DNA of 64,000 nucleotides from Hemiscyllium ocellatum (lineage: Eukaryota). A model generated the notes under the pieces. The model was given only the letters and a program-made list of their open reading frames with translations. It was not told where the DNA came from and did no database searches. Numbering within the stretch: the stretch's first letter is position 1; each line of letters opens with the position of its first letter. Shown here in pieces: positions 1 to 13,899 of the stretch. The position numbers were made by a program, and so were the translations under genes. Where the stretch lies: the NCBI RefSeq assembly GCF_020745735.1, contig NW_026867636.1, positions 222,388-286,387 of the forward strand, in the 5' to 3' direction.

Positions 1-304
1 TCAATGTCATGTCGTGCATCAGGTAATCCTGGTTCTCATTCATTCAACAAGGCCTTAGCTTTGTGAGATTTTAATGTAAACTATGAAAGCACGATGAATC
101 TTGTTATTTTTAGCAAGATATATCCCCATACGTCCCCTCATGTTGGAAGGCAATAACAACAGCAGAGTTTATTTGTCATCCAAGTGTCCTGGTGACCTTG
201 ACAGAGAGCTGCCTTCTTGAACATCTTCCACACAACGGGCACAGATACAGACACAGAGTTTAATGTATGTGGATTTCAAAAGATTTAACAAGTTGACATA
301 CAAT

Positions 305-1590
305 AAAAAGACAGAGAAAATTACAGGACAGAAACAGACTCTTCGGCCCTTCAAGCCTGCACTAATCCAGGTCTTCTAACAACATCTGTCATCTAATTCC
401 TAAGGATCTGTACCCCTTCGCTCCATTCCCATCCGTTTATCTGCTTAAATACATCATAGATGATACTGCGGTGCCCGTCCCTACTCCCTCCAATCGCAAT
501 GCGTTCCAGGCACACACCACCCTCTGAGTGAAGAACTTTACACGCATTCCTCCACTAAACCTTTCCACTCTCAATTTTAACTTGTCCAAAAATTAATGAA
601 ATCCCCCACACTGAAAAAAAGACGTATTTCGCTCAACTATCTCTGTATCTCTGATGATTTTGTAGACCTGAGTCAGGTCCACACTCAACCTTCATCTTCC
701 TAATGAAAATAATCCTAAACTGCTCGGCAACACTTCATGATTCGTGCTCTCTATATCAGGAAACATCCAGAAGAACATCCTCTGCACCCTCTGCAAAGAA
801 TCCGCGTCCTTTTGGTAATGTGGCAATTACAACTGTATGCAATCTTTCAAATGTAGTCGAAACAAAATCCTCTACAACTCTGAAATTTCCTGCGAACGTT
901 TGCAATCAATACGCCGTCCGATGAAGGAAAACATCCGTATACCTTCTTGACCACTACATTTATCTATGGTGCTACCTTCAGGGTACAATGTACCTGAGCA
1001 CTGAAATCTCTTAACATCGATTCTCCGCAGCAAATTTTCATTCGCTGTATAGTTCGCTTATGAAATGGGTCAGCTTGCATTTGCCCAGACTGAACTCCAT
1101 CTGCCAATCACCTCTGCAAAACTCCAATCTTTCAATATTCTGCTGTATTCGGTGACAGCCGCCTTCTCTACCTGCTACTCCAGCAATCTTAGTGTCATCT
1201 GCAAGCTTTAAAATCAGACCACCTTAACTTCCATCCAATTATCTATGTATATCATAAACAATTGTTGTCCCAGCACTGATCCCTGTGGAACGGCGCAGAC
1301 CACAGGTCTCTTTTTTTCAGAAATGCCCTCTCGGACTACTCTGTCTCCTGCTGCCCGCAGAGTCCTCTGTTCATCTCTCTAGTACTCATTGGATCCCATG
1401 CTACTTCACCTTCTCTGTCAACCTACCGTGTATAATCTAATCAAATGTCTTATAAATTCCACATATATGATATCCACAAACCTTCCCTCGTTAATCAACA
1501 TTGCAACTTCCTCAAAGAATTCTAATAGATTTGTAAGGCATGAACATCTCCACACAACACTATGGGCACTCAGGATATCGATGTGGTGGC
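305..1590 (-). mobile_element. CR1 LINE, decayed 3' portion
   Basis: RT motif CLTNLLEFFEEV...VDIIYVEF in ORF 1418..1798; CR1 3' tail near 310-360. Confidence 0.8.
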
Positions 1591-1599
1591 CACTTCGTA

Positions 1600-3560
1600 G
1601 CCATGGATAGAAGAGGTACAGGAATTGTTGCAGTTTCCGGTATGTAGGTGTTTCAGTACGAACAGAGAAGATGGTAAAAGAGGGGAACATGTGGCATGGT
1701 AAGTCAAGGACAGTATTACACTGGCAGAAAGGACGGTTGTGGACGCGTATACTGAGGTAGTATGGGCTTAGATTAGAAAGATGGAAAGCAGAGGGCAACC
1801 GTATGGACTTTTCTGTAGGCCTCCAAATAGTTCCAGAGATGTGCAGGAAATGATAGCAAAGATAATTCTGGATAAGAGCGAGAGTAAGAGGTTACATATT
1901 TTGTGAGGAGCATTAACTTTCCAAATATTGACCGGAAATACTAAAGCTCAAGTACGATAGATAGTTTTATTTTTGTCCAATGTGTGCAGAATGGTTTGCT
2001 GACACAGCGTGTGAAAAAAGCCAACAAGGGACAAGGCTACTTTGCTTTTGCACTGGGTAATAAAACTGACCAAGGATTACATTTCGAGGAAGATGAGCAG
2101 TTTCTTGTTAGAGACCACAATTCAGTTAGGTTTACTTGAGCGATGGAAAGGGATAGATTAAAAAAAACCCCGCAGGGCAAGAGTAATTGTAGGGGGGGGG
2201 CGGCGGGGGGCGGGAAGACAACTACGATACGATTGAACAAGATTTTGGATGCATATGATGTGGGAGAAAACTGCACGTCATGGACACAATTGAAATGTGG
2301 AGCTTTTCTCAAGGATCAGCTAATGCGTGTGCTTGAGAAGTATGTTCATGTCAGGCAGGGAGGAAGTGGTCGAGCGAGGGAACCGTGGTTTCGTTAAAAA
2401 AAATATTTTTTTTTCAAGAGGACGAAGAAGGCTTTTTGTTGGATGAGAAGTGAAGGCTCAGTTATGGTGTTTGAGAGTTAGAAGTTAGCAAGGGAAGACT
2501 TTCAGGGAGAGCGGAGAAGAGCCAGGACAGGACATGAAAAGACGTTGGTCGATAGGATTAAGGAAAACTGTCTAGCTTTCTATGGGAACGCCAGGAATTT
2601 TTAAATGCCCAGAGGAAGAAATGGCAAATCAAAGATAGTAGTGGAAAGCTATGCGTGGCGTCCCAGGAGATAGAGGAAGCGCTAAATGAATAATTTTTGT
2701 CAGTATTCAAACTGTAAAATAAAATGTTGTCGAGGAGAATGCTGACATGTAGGCTATTAGACTAGAACAGATTCAGTTTCAAAAGGAGAAGGTGTTAGCA
2801 ATTATGGAAAGTCTGAAAATAGATAATCTCCCTGAGCTGGATGGGATGTATCCTTGCATTCAGTGGGAAGCCAGAGGGGACATTACAGAGTTTTTGGCTT
2901 TGATCTTTATATCATTACTGGCGATAGGAACAATGTCAAAAGATTGGATGATAGCAAACGTTTCCTTGTGCAAAAATGGAAGCAGAGAGAACCCTGCTAA
3001 TTAAAGATCCCTGAACATTACATTGTTTGTGGGTAAAGTGTTGCAAGAGGTTAGAAGGGATAGGACTTATACTCACCTGGAGAGCAATAGATTGATTAGC
3101 GATATTCAGCACGTTTTTGTGAAAGGTAATTAGTGCCTCACAAAACATTGAATTGTTTGAAATTGTAACCAAACGGGTGGATGAGCGTAAAGCAGTTGAT
3201 CCAGGTGGTTTTCATGAATTTCAATAAGGCGTTTGATAACGTTCCATACGGTAAGTTATTGTCGTTTTGTGGTTCAGCAGACAGTTTTCAGTGTCCATGT
3301 GCGTAGATCCCTGAAAGTTGCCACCCTTGTTGTCAGGATTGTTAACAAGTCATACGGTGTGTTGACTATTATTGGTCGAGGGATTGGGTCTCGGAGCCAC
3401 AAGGTCATACTGCAGACGTATAAACACCTGATTTTACTGCACTTGGAGCTTTGTATACAGTTTATGTCACCACATTATAGGAAAGATGTGGAAGCTTTGG
3501 AAAGGGTGCAGAGGAGATTTACTGGGATTTAGCTGGAATGGAGGTAATGCCTTATGAGGA
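1600..3560 (+). mobile_element. CR1 LINE ORF2 fragment (endonuclease to RT), decayed
   Basis: DGMYP..W, DWMIANV...KNGSRENPAN, SPHYRKDVEALERVQRRFT. Confidence 0.85.
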
Positions 3561-3564
3561 AAGG

Positions 3565-4210
3565 CGTTTTCAAAAGATATCTTTGACCCCTATTAGCCTT
3601 CTTAATTCATCGTTTCAGATTTTTGTTACATTTCTGATATTCTTACAAAGCTTCGTCAATCTTCAGCCACACGCCTTCTTTTCCCACTTCGTTGATCTCA
3701 CAACTTCACCTGACATTCATGGTTCCCTAATCTTGACATTTCTCTGCCTCTTTTTTTCAAGTACATTTATCTCCGGAACTCTAATCAATCTTTTATGAAA
3801 GGTTCAGATGTATAAAATATGGATTTACCTTCAAACCGTTTCTCCCAATCAATATTCCCCAGCTCCTGCCGAATTTTGACATAGTTTGTCTTGCCCCAAT
3901 ATAGAATTCTTCCTTTAGGACCGTCTTTTTCCATGGGCATTCTAAAATTTCCAGAATTTTGGTCTCTATTCATATAGCAATACCATAATAAGGACGCAGC
4001 CCCTGGCCGTGATCCTGTCGCAACGCTGGGTCCAGCATGGCCACTTCCTATATTGGAGTATTTTTATATTGCACTAGAAAACTCTCCTGGACGCTCCTTA
4101 AAAGTTCTGCTCCATCTCGATCTGTAATACGAAGTGAATCCCAGTCAATGTTTGGAAAATTAAAATCTCCTATCTGCACCATCATGTTGCTCCTATATCT
4201 TTCTGCATTA
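3565..4210 (-). mobile_element. CR1 LINE endonuclease fragment
   Basis: GDFNFPNIDWD...VQESFLVQY; WGKTNYVKIRQELGNIDW. Confidence 0.85.
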
Positions 4211-5294
4211 AGAATATTCAACGATTTCTCCTCCATCGCTCTCTGGGAAGAGAGGTCCACAAACACACGACACTTTCAGAGGGATAATGTAATTAGCACT
4301 TCTTTCCAGGATTTTTTTTTCGTTTGAATATCTCAGATTGGAAATCTCTCACACAAATTGAATTTTTGTTTCAGAATTCAATTTCCATAGGTTGCGTGGA
4401 AAGTTATGCATTTAAGTAACACTTTTTGTCATTGGTATAACGTCCAATAGATTCAGCCAGATAATTGGGCAAGATTTCCTCCTGAGATAAATGTTCATTA
4501 CACGAATAAATTAAGTGAATCTTTTCTGGACTGCTGAAATGTTATTACACCAGAACTCTCTCGATGTGGTTTCATTATTACTTTCATCAACTGAAGATAA
4601 ACACATTTTCTGTACTTTCTGTTACTGAAAGTTTCAATATTTATATTGCCTCCATCAAAGCATTCCGATGTCGTTTTCTTTTTGCATTGTGATCAAGGTA
4701 CTCCAGTTTCTCTATGCTCCATTGAAAGGACATATTGCTTTTTCCATTCCAGCTGCCAGGATCTTAGACCACAAAAACGTTTTTCCTACTGTGTTCCAGA
4801 CATCAACATTTGCCTCTTCCTTTGAAACACGTTTAATTCTTCCTCTTCTTATTTTCTGTCTCTAACCTTTTCAAATTTCATATTTTACTAAAATAAAGAT
4901 AAAATATTTTGCCAAAGATGTTGAATAGGGCCACATTATCTAAACTATCAACTTGCGACAAAGCTAACGCAATTCCAACAATTAGCTGCCCGCCTGCAAT
5001 TTCAGAAAATAACCTTTCAATATCAAAAGAATAGTGTCTCAGTTTACTTCCAATCTAAGTAAGCATTTACCATTTATTATGAAATGGGAACGTTAACAAA
5101 GGACTGAAATGGTCATGTGGTTCCCAGGTGCACTTCAGCAATCATTATGACCTGATTGCACTCCTACCTCGACATTGCACTCCTGCTTCCCACAAACCGA
5201 GCAAGCGTGAAATGTGCTCAGCGCAACCCATCAACTCCTACCACCTCATCCATTAACAATGACTGAAACCAAAGAATTGCAAATGGAACAACGT

Positions 5295-6130
5295 GGAAAC
5301 ATAGGAATTAGGTGGGGCAATCGGTAATTCAGCACATCGATTCCACTGCGCCAATTAATGTGATCGTGTCTTATCTTATTCTGCTGTTTCTTACGGACTC
5401 CTCATAGTCCTTTTCCCACTTCAAGTCAGAAACATGTCTTTACTTTCATAAAACCTTTCGATTGTTTCTCCCTCCAATACAGTTTGGGACAGTGAGTACC
5501 TCAGAGTCACAGCCCTCCCAGACAAACAATTTATCTTCGTCTTAATTTTGAACCTGCCTTCGTGCACTCTATAACTATGACAACTTGTTCAACACTGTCC
5601 CACAAGAGGGCAAGTTTTCAACATCCATATTATCAATCTCCTTTAGAATTTCGTATAATTCAATCCTACACACGCATCATTCTTTTAAACTTCAGCAATT
5701 ACAAGTACAAGGTATTCAACCAATCCTCCACCGTCTTCCCTTTTGCAATGGCATTAAATTCGTGATCATCCTCTGAGCTGCCTGCAGTGCCACGACATCT
5801 TTCCTCAAGTAAGCAGACGAAAGCAGGCAATATTCCAAATGCCGAACCAAAGTGTTTTTACAATTGTAACAATACTTTACTGTTGTCACCGAATTGCTTT
5901 GCAATAAAGATAACTTCCCTTTTCTATCTGCTGCACCTGAATAACTACGTTGAGATTCATGTACAAAGATGCCCAGATCCTTCACCATGAGTGCACTTTG
6001 ATTCCCTTATTTACACAATACTTTAGCCATGTATTGGTTGTGTCAAAACGGACAACTACACATTTATTCATAGAAATCTCAATCTGACCGATTCTGCACA
6101 TTCAGCTTGGCTACCAAAATCTATCTGTAA
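5295..6130 (-). mobile_element. CR1 LINE 3' fragment
   Basis: KDLGIFVHES...LVRHLEYC...YLRKDVVALQAAQR. Confidence 0.8.
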
Positions 6131-6199
6131 TAAGAAACTAGGATCCTCTTTCTGACAATTATGCATCAACTTTCCACTACAAACGTCAATCTCCGTGGC

Positions 6200-6570
6200 T
6201 TCTGATTCCGCATAGATGCTGGCCTAATAACATCGTTGCTTGATTACTAATTCTGAAGACAAGCATCATCTTCTTGAGACATAGATTCGAATCCTGGCAC
6301 GACATAGGATAAAGTTTGAATTGGATAAAATAATCTGAAGTCAATTGTGAGCATGTGACTTCAGAACCGCAACAAGATGTGTGAGTCTCAACGGCCTTCC
6401 AAAATAGCATAGAAAGCCAGTCAATTGTTTCAATCAGTCGGATGTCATAGGCAAAAACACCCATAGAATCTGGGTGTTCTTGAATCAGCGATTCAAGAAT
6501 TTAGCACATCACTATCTTCTGAAGGGCAAATCGTAGCGGACTATCAATTTTGACAAGTCTCACAAATGAA
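6200..6570 (+). mobile_element. Decayed tRNA-derived SINE
   Basis: B-box-like GATTCGAATCCTGGC followed by a shark-SINE-like body; related copies near 7090-7420, 14350-14400 and 62750-62900 (minus). Confidence 0.45.
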
Positions 6571-7701
6571 TAAAAGAAATTACATGTTTGCTTATGTCCT
6601 TCTTTGAAAAATGTGTTGTATTACGATGTTTCAACGATGTTTCGAGATTCGAAGGAATTTTTTTTCCGTGAAAATCAAAGCTAATCTATTCACTGTCTCT
6701 CTTGCCACCTCCTTCAAATGCCTGCGTTCAAGGAATCAGGCCCAGGCGACTTACTTCCCTTCAATCCTATCAGTTTACCTTGAAAAATCTTCCAAATCAT
6801 AATAATTCCATGTCAATCCTCTGCAGTAACTGCAGTCTCTCAGAAGAGATTACCTTCCGCAGAGAAAACTGGAACTATGCTTGAGTACCTCTGCCATTTC
6901 TGAATTTCCATTCTGATCGAACATTTGCTGTATTCTGAAGAGCCAACGTCTCCTTTCACTCTGATCTTCCTTTGTTTAAACTTGCAAAGATTTTTGGCAT
7001 GCAGTGCTATGTTTTTCTACTCCTTTCATTTCGTCGGTCAAATAAGCAATTTTGCATTTGTTTTCAGTGACTGTGGGCTGAATTTAAAGTTTTATATTTT
7101 ATTTATTCCTAAAATGAGGACGTCGCTGGATGTGGCGGGATTTATTGCTCATCCAGATTTGTTAAGATGTTAGCTAAGAAACAAATGTATTTCTGTAGAT
7201 CTGAAGTCATGTGTCAGCTTTACTGGATATGAATGTCAGTTTCTTTTCAGCAAAAGCTTTTGTGAATTAGATTTTTTTTCCCTGAAAATCGATTCCTGGT
7301 CACCATTTGTCTATTAATTCCAGAGTTGAATTGGAACACCACCATCTGCAAGGGTAACATTCAAATGCAATCACCACAAAATTCTCTGTGTCCCTCCATG
7401 AACTGTCCAAAATAATACGCCGAGGCAAATGCCTATACAACCTTCCAGGGCACAACAAACCCCTGCAAAATGAAATGCCCTGTTTGTGTCTTCATGCAAT
7501 TATTCACGTCATTGTAAAGATATAGATGTTTTCTCACCTTTATACAATCAATTTTTCTCACAGCGATTTGGATTAATTGAGATGTATTTAGTACCTTCAT
7601 AAGTATTTACCGCTAATCTTTCACCGTCCTGCCCTTTAATGATTTAATTTCTCAGTCCACACTCTCTTTTATGCATTTCAGTCCCATTATAGAGGATTGT
7701 T

Positions 7702-7775
7702 CACACACACTCATGCATAAATACACACAAACATGTACACGCACACACAAACTCATACACGCGCACACACACAAA
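7702..7775. repeat. (CA)n-like microsatellite
   Basis: Imperfect CA run. Confidence 0.8.
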
Positions 7776-7898
7776 TTCATTATTTTGTCAATGATCAGCA
7801 ACAACACTATAAACAATTAGAAAGCTAAATAGAATGAAGGACTCTTTGAAGGAATGATTTGGAGGAGCTGAGAGCTGAGGACTCAGGTGGACCAAATA

Positions 7899-8470
7899 AA
7901 AAAATCACACAACGCCAGGTTATAGTCCAATTGGTTAATTTCGAAATACTAACATTTGAAGGGTTGTTTCATCATCAGGTGGTTGTGGAGTTGGACCACA
8001 CAACACAGAATTTATAGCAAAACGCAACTGAAATATTTTGATTGAACGTAGATAAAGTTTTTTTTATCCTTTAGAATGGTTTTGCTAAAGACGGTGAAAG
8101 TCTGACAGTGTCCCAGTCGTGAGTCAGCCTGGTTCCATATCTAAATCCCACTTTAATCTCACACCTTTTATGCATTGTCTGAGCTGGAATGAGACTTTTA
8201 GTTCGATAACCAGAAGTTATCTTCAGAATGTGACTTAAGAGGACTTACGGGATTTACATATTAACGAGCTGATGTTAGCAAAATCATCCAAAACGATGGA
8301 ACGCTAAATCTAAATTTGTTTAATATGTCAGCCGCATGACACCACAACACTTTTGCTATTAATTCTGCGTTTTGTGGTTCTGGTCTACAATCACTTGATG
8401 AAGAATCAGATGTTCGAAAGCGAATACTTTCAAATAAAACTGTAGAATTGTCACCTGGTGTTTTGCTATT
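7899..8470. mobile_element. Non-autonomous fold-back element with ~130 bp imperfect terminal inverted repeats (Penelope pLTR type)
   Basis: AAAATCACACAACGCCAGGTTATAGTCCAA...CAGAATTTATAGCAAAA mirrored by TTTTGCTATTAATTCTG...CACCTGGTGTTTTGCTATTT. Confidence 0.65.
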
Positions 8471-8589
8471 TAAACTTGGTTTGAGGAAGGATGAGACAAT
8501 TTTCTTTTGATTCTTGCGGCAGAAAATACGAAGATGTGAAATTTTTGACGCGCTTAAAATTACGGGAAAAAAAACTACAGGAAAAAAAT

Positions 8590-8875
8590 ATCATGCGTTC
8601 GTTACATGGCGCTACAGTGCCAACTTGTCCCAATTTCAGGATAATCAACAAAACAGCACAAAGTGAGATGAGGAAAAACTTCTTTTTTTCAGAGAGCTGT
8701 TCGGCTTTGGAGTCCCTTGCCTGCGAGATATAAAGATGTGGATTGAAAACAGAAACAGGAGATGTTGGCTTTGAAGGGCTATGGAAATCTGGGTCGCAAA
8801 TAGAACGGGCTGAGTAGACACTTCAGGACCTGACACATGCACTGCGACCCATTGGACTTCTTCTGTAATTTAAAT
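8590..8875 (+). mobile_element. CR1 3' end fragment
   Basis: GAGATGAGGAAAAACTTCTTTT (EMRKNFF) and CR1-type 3' UTR. Confidence 0.6.
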
Positions 8876-10449
8876 TTCTATATTGTACCATGTACAGTTG
8901 TTCATAAAAACCAGTATCAGATTATTCCCCATTCTAAATGCTGGTAGAGAATGATCGTGTTTGGTGCAAATCTAATTAAAATCTAATTATTGCAAGTCCA
9001 GTTTCATGACAAAGTCTGTTAGTACTCAGAACATGTACATTTTAAACTTTGTATACCAAGTACCAAAACAAATATTTAATTGTTTATTGACACAAAAACT
9101 TTCCAAAGGTCTGAGTTTTAATTAAAACGAGCATATGTTTATATTTTTTCAATAATTATATTGTCCGTAAGTTATCATTCATTTAAAACATTGTAAGTTT
9201 TCAAAGCATTGTCCACTACAATTGAATAACACAATGTTGTAGTTCATATGCAAGTGCATTGCTGATTTTTGTCAATTTTAAATTGTTTGTCAATAGCTGA
9301 AACTCGGACATTTTAGTGAGAAATTAAATTGTTTAATTTTATTCAAATTATTAAGAATTCTAACTCTATTTGATTGTTCAATCATTTGCTCACTGGGAAC
9401 ATATCGTTTTCCATGGGTTAACCACTTCGGGAATGTTATAACGACAGCGTTTTCACTTGAATATTGAACATGAAATTGTGATCACCACAATAGTGGGACA
9501 ACATCCTTCACATAAAATGAAATGTATCTTCTGTATTTTTTTGTTTTATAATGCATTGACATGAGTTTTGATTTTATTTCCATAAATGAAGTAACTAACT
9601 AATTGTTTTCACAGATATACAAAAAAATTAGCTGAATCAGCAGAGTTCACATCTGATTATTGCCCAAATCAGAAAACACAGTAAACATCTGATTATTATT
9701 CGGACCAGTAATATCATCTTCCTGCAAGCATGAATTACATTGTAAATAGATTGAAAAGAACTGAATTCTGGCACGTTGATGCTCGGACTCACAGCTGCCT
9801 ATGATACAGAGTAATACACGGTTCTGCTTCGAAATCTGTACAGAGAGTTTCCAACCTGGGTCAGGACATTCATTCAATATTTCCTTTACAATAAAGAATT
9901 TGAAGTCATAGATGAGCAGGTGAAAATCTAACCAACAGACTGTAACTGGTCTCTATATAGGTACAAATGTTGTCGGAACTAGATACCAATGACTAGCCAG
10001 CAACTGGGTCTTTCAAACCCAACTGCAGTTCGAGCCTATTGTAGAGCACAAATGTGTGGACATGGAGTGGCATAACCAAGCTGCACAAGTTAATTAAGTT
10101 GATGACATTCATATTGCCTCCAAGTCTTCATAAGTCGATATCCCAGTCAAGACCCTTGACGAACTCATTACGAGTTTGGCAGTCTGCTGAAGCATCTGAC
10201 CTCTCTCAGTCGTTCCTCTGAAACCATATTTAGTATATTTCAACTTCTGATTCACTTGTATCAAACTAAGGAATGTACGCCTCCGTGGAAGACGACGCAT
10301 GAACAAATGAGTCACCAATGTAGTTTTGAGTGGTTTCAAAAAGAGATCGGACTGGTAGAGTGTTGCTGAAGAAAAGAACAGCTAACGGAAAGACAATCAC
10401 TTTAATAATTAATTCTTGTGTATTTTGTCTGCCGTAGATAACTGGATGT

Positions 10450-11050
10450 TTCTCTCACTGAGACTCAGCTAAATTTAAACATATGCACCATAAGTGGAAG
10501 CCTTGGTTGAGCACCCTTTCCGCAGGTTCCTGATGTCACAGACCCCACTTCATCACGTATTCACCAATTGAAAACAATCCATAATCTGACTGATATCTTC
10601 TGTGCATCTGCTCAACTCGTCTTTTCCACAGTGCCTTGTTCATCCCACTGACAGACTGCTTTCTATTTCAGGGCTATGTATTGTGCTGCCTTCCTGCGCA
10701 AGTATGATCTGCAATCTTCTATAGATCAGGAAATGGAAAATACAGAAAGGCACCAAACTTTTTTTGTGTGACAAACTCCATCTCCGGAGAACTACCACTG
10801 CGAAACTGGTCATTGCTTGCAAAGGGTCAGTCCAAGCTGGCACCCTGGATAGTCTGGCAAAATTGCTGGTCGGCCGTGATCTTGTGTGAAACACAAACAA
10901 TGCTTTGCATTCTCAAGACTGCCAGTCCGCTCATTGAGCAATGAGTTAATCATCAGAAACTCATGGGATTTGGAGTAGAATGCTGATTTCTTGAAAATTA
11001 GATTTCTTGAATAAATTGAAAACCAAAACAGTGCCATTCAACAAATATCG
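10450..11050 (-). mobile_element. Possible very old L1/Tx1-type LINE 3' remnant
   Basis: Frameshifted pieces PGC...CHTKKVW...ALWKRR resemble the Tx1/L1 ORF2 C-terminus; weak. Confidence 0.25.
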
Positions 11051-11199
11051 TTTTTCTGAGTCCCAGAGTTGCAGTTTTGGTTCATGGATTATTCAGCTTG
11101 ATAGCAAACAGTGAATAACTACAGAATTCCGAGTTACAGAGAGTTCCAGGTGATAATTCCAGAATGTCATTTACCCTAATAAAGAAAATATTATAACTC

Positions 11200-13870
11200 A
11201 GAGACATGTCATAAAGGTATGGATTGACATGCGGAGTTGTAGCATTTTTGCCAAGAGACGTGACTGAATATGGTAAGGATTGGCAACTGAGTGTTCTGTG
11301 GGATAGTAACTAAATGCAGGACAGGACAGCGTGCAAAAGGCGAAGTCGTGTTGCATTATTAAGGAAGCAGGTACGATCCTAAGGAGAGACGATGCATTTC
11401 AATGGTCATCAAATAAGGCTTTATGCATAGAATGTAGAAACAAAAAGATGACACATACACCACTGGCATTCATTTACGCATCCCCATTTAGAAGAAGCTA
11501 TAGGAACAAATGAAGTAGCAATTCGCTTATATGTATAACATTTATACAGGCATTTCGTTCAAGTGTCATGTATTGTGAGGGGCAGTCAGATGTTTTGGCA
11601 TGGATTCCATAGAGCGTTTTGTATCTATATGTTGAAGATAAACAAGTGAAGGTAAAGTACTGGGTCGCATTATGGAAAACAATGTCAGTCAGGTTTCCCG
11701 TAGAAAGAAAAAGTTGAGGTGGTAAGTAATTCAGACATTAAAATATGAGCGGCATGAGCAGAGCACAGAGAGATCAGCTGTTCTTTTTATTTAAATGATA
11801 ACGAGCAACTAAGCACTCATTAGAAGTAAAGGATTTGAGGTTCAGAGAGCATCGTAGGATTGCTTTGTATCCAGCGGATGTTGGGGTATGGAATGAACTT
11901 CCTGAGAGGGGTGTTGTCACTGGTGACTTCACAGCCATTACAAAATACTTAGATGACCTTTTGAAGTTTCATAACATTACCTGCTAGGGGTCTCTTGCAG
12001 GAAATTGGGACTAATATAGACCGTGCTGCATTTCTGATGGTCCACGATCTATTTACCTGTGATTATATGGTTCTGGAAGGTCAATCATTGAGCAGCTTCT
12101 GACAGGACTTACAGGTATTAAGTTCCTGAACAGTACGTTAACAAGGATGAGAAGAGTTGTCTATAATAGCTTCAAAAGTTATGTCAATGTGAAAGATAAG
12201 GGAAAACCAGTGCAGCTTCATTTCAGTCTTCAACCAGAGAACGGAAATCCAGCAAATGGAAGAAACTTGAATTAACTACTTCGGTTCTGTCTTCACAGAA
12301 AAAAAGGACATTTCAAAATCATCTCCAGCAATAACAGAAAACCTCAGTCAGGCAAGTAAGGAAATTGAATGAAATTAGGAGATAAAATCATTTGAATAAA
12401 TAATTAGGACTGAAAGTAACGGCTATAGAAAACAAGCCATCATCGATTTATGAAAGGGGATCATATTTGAGAAACCAAGTGACAGTTAAATTATGGAGCA
12501 ACAATGGGTGCAAGGCATTGGAACTTAGGAAAATATTTTTGATAGAACCTTAAACATAACGTGCAATGTGAAAACATATGGGCTAGGCGTTATTGTATGG
12601 ACATGATGTTGTAATGGAAGAGCTAACAGGAACTAGTGAGTAACAACAAATCGGTATTTTTGGAGTGGAAGGCTTGTGGGATATCACAGGGGCTGGTGCT
12701 TGTCCCAGCTGTTCACAATGCATTTTGTTGAGGGAATCAAATGCAATGTTTTCAAATTTTATGTTGGAAAAAAAACTGCGATTGTGAGTGGTCTTGAGAC
12801 GAATGGATTGAATGTACAAATGCATGACAGATGAAGAACCATGTGGATAGATGTAACGCTGTGTTATTCATTCGGAAAATAAATGAACAGCAAACTACCA
12901 TTTGAGAAAGAATTGGTTGGGAAATTATGTGTAAATTGACCCACAATACCATTTTGTTTGTTTTCTTCTGCGCAGTGTTCTGAAACCCCGTGCAGGGCAG
13001 TCAGTTCTAAAGCCAGAAGTCAATACTGGGAATAGCATTGACACGCTGTCAAGTGTACCTAGATCCAACAAGTGCGTAGCTGTAATTTTGAAGAGGATCT
13101 GGATTTCCTTGTATACCAGTCACATAATGTAAAATTGCGGAAGCAGAAACTGTTCAGAAGATACATGGTATGCTGACCTTCATTTTAACGATTAAAGTTC
13201 AGTAGCAAAGTTATCTTCCTGCCACTGAACCGGGCCTTGGAGAAACCTCATCTCAAGCATTTTGTGTACTTTTAGTCTCCTTAAACCACTAAAGGACAAA
13301 TCTGACATATTTAAGGGCTGAAAATGACGACCAGACAGTACTGGGATGACGGGCATGATGTGGGAGCAGAGTTTGGGTTGACTGGGCCTGCATTGCACCG
13401 GGTTCGGAAAATGAGTGGCGATCTCAGTGAAGCACATAAAATTCTGACAGGCTGAGATAATGTGGAAGCAGGGATGATCATTCCCCTGGCTGGGTCTCGA
13501 AAACGAGGCCTCACAGTATTAGGTATAGATCAGACACTCTGAAAAATGTCTGCGCACTCAGAGACTGATGAATCTGGGGAATTCATTCTCACATAATACT
13601 GTGGAAGCCAAGACATTGAACATTAATAAGGATTTCTCGACAATATAGGACTGGGGCGTGAGCAGGTGAAAGATATGAAGATGGAGAAATAACCAATGTA
13701 GTATTGAATGGGGCAGAACATTTGATGCATCAGAGAAACTACTGCAGTTCGTATTTCATAACTACTGATAGTTAATCACGTCAAGAGGTAGGTACATTGC
13801 ATTGAGTGGATGTTCGATTATGAACTAGAATGGAGGAGGCTCAATGTGTTGAACGCGCTACTCTGTTCTC
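11200..13870 (+). mobile_element. Two tandem decayed CR1 fragments (about 11200-12070 and 12100-13870)
   Basis: Two passes through CR1 RT and 3' UTR motifs (GGAATGAACTTCCTGAG; GGCTGGGTCTCGAAAACGAGG; GAATGG...CTACTCTGTTC). Confidence 0.7.
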
Positions 13871-13899
13871 GGTGTTTCTGTGCAGTCTGTCGGCCTCTG

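Noticed and set aside
2192-2214. G-run with G-quadruplex potential
   Set aside because: Homopolymer expansion inside a decayed CR1; no functional context.
4600-5050. Possible additional Gmr1-type gag fragment on minus strand
   Set aside because: Only a vague compositional resemblance; motifs too decayed to call.
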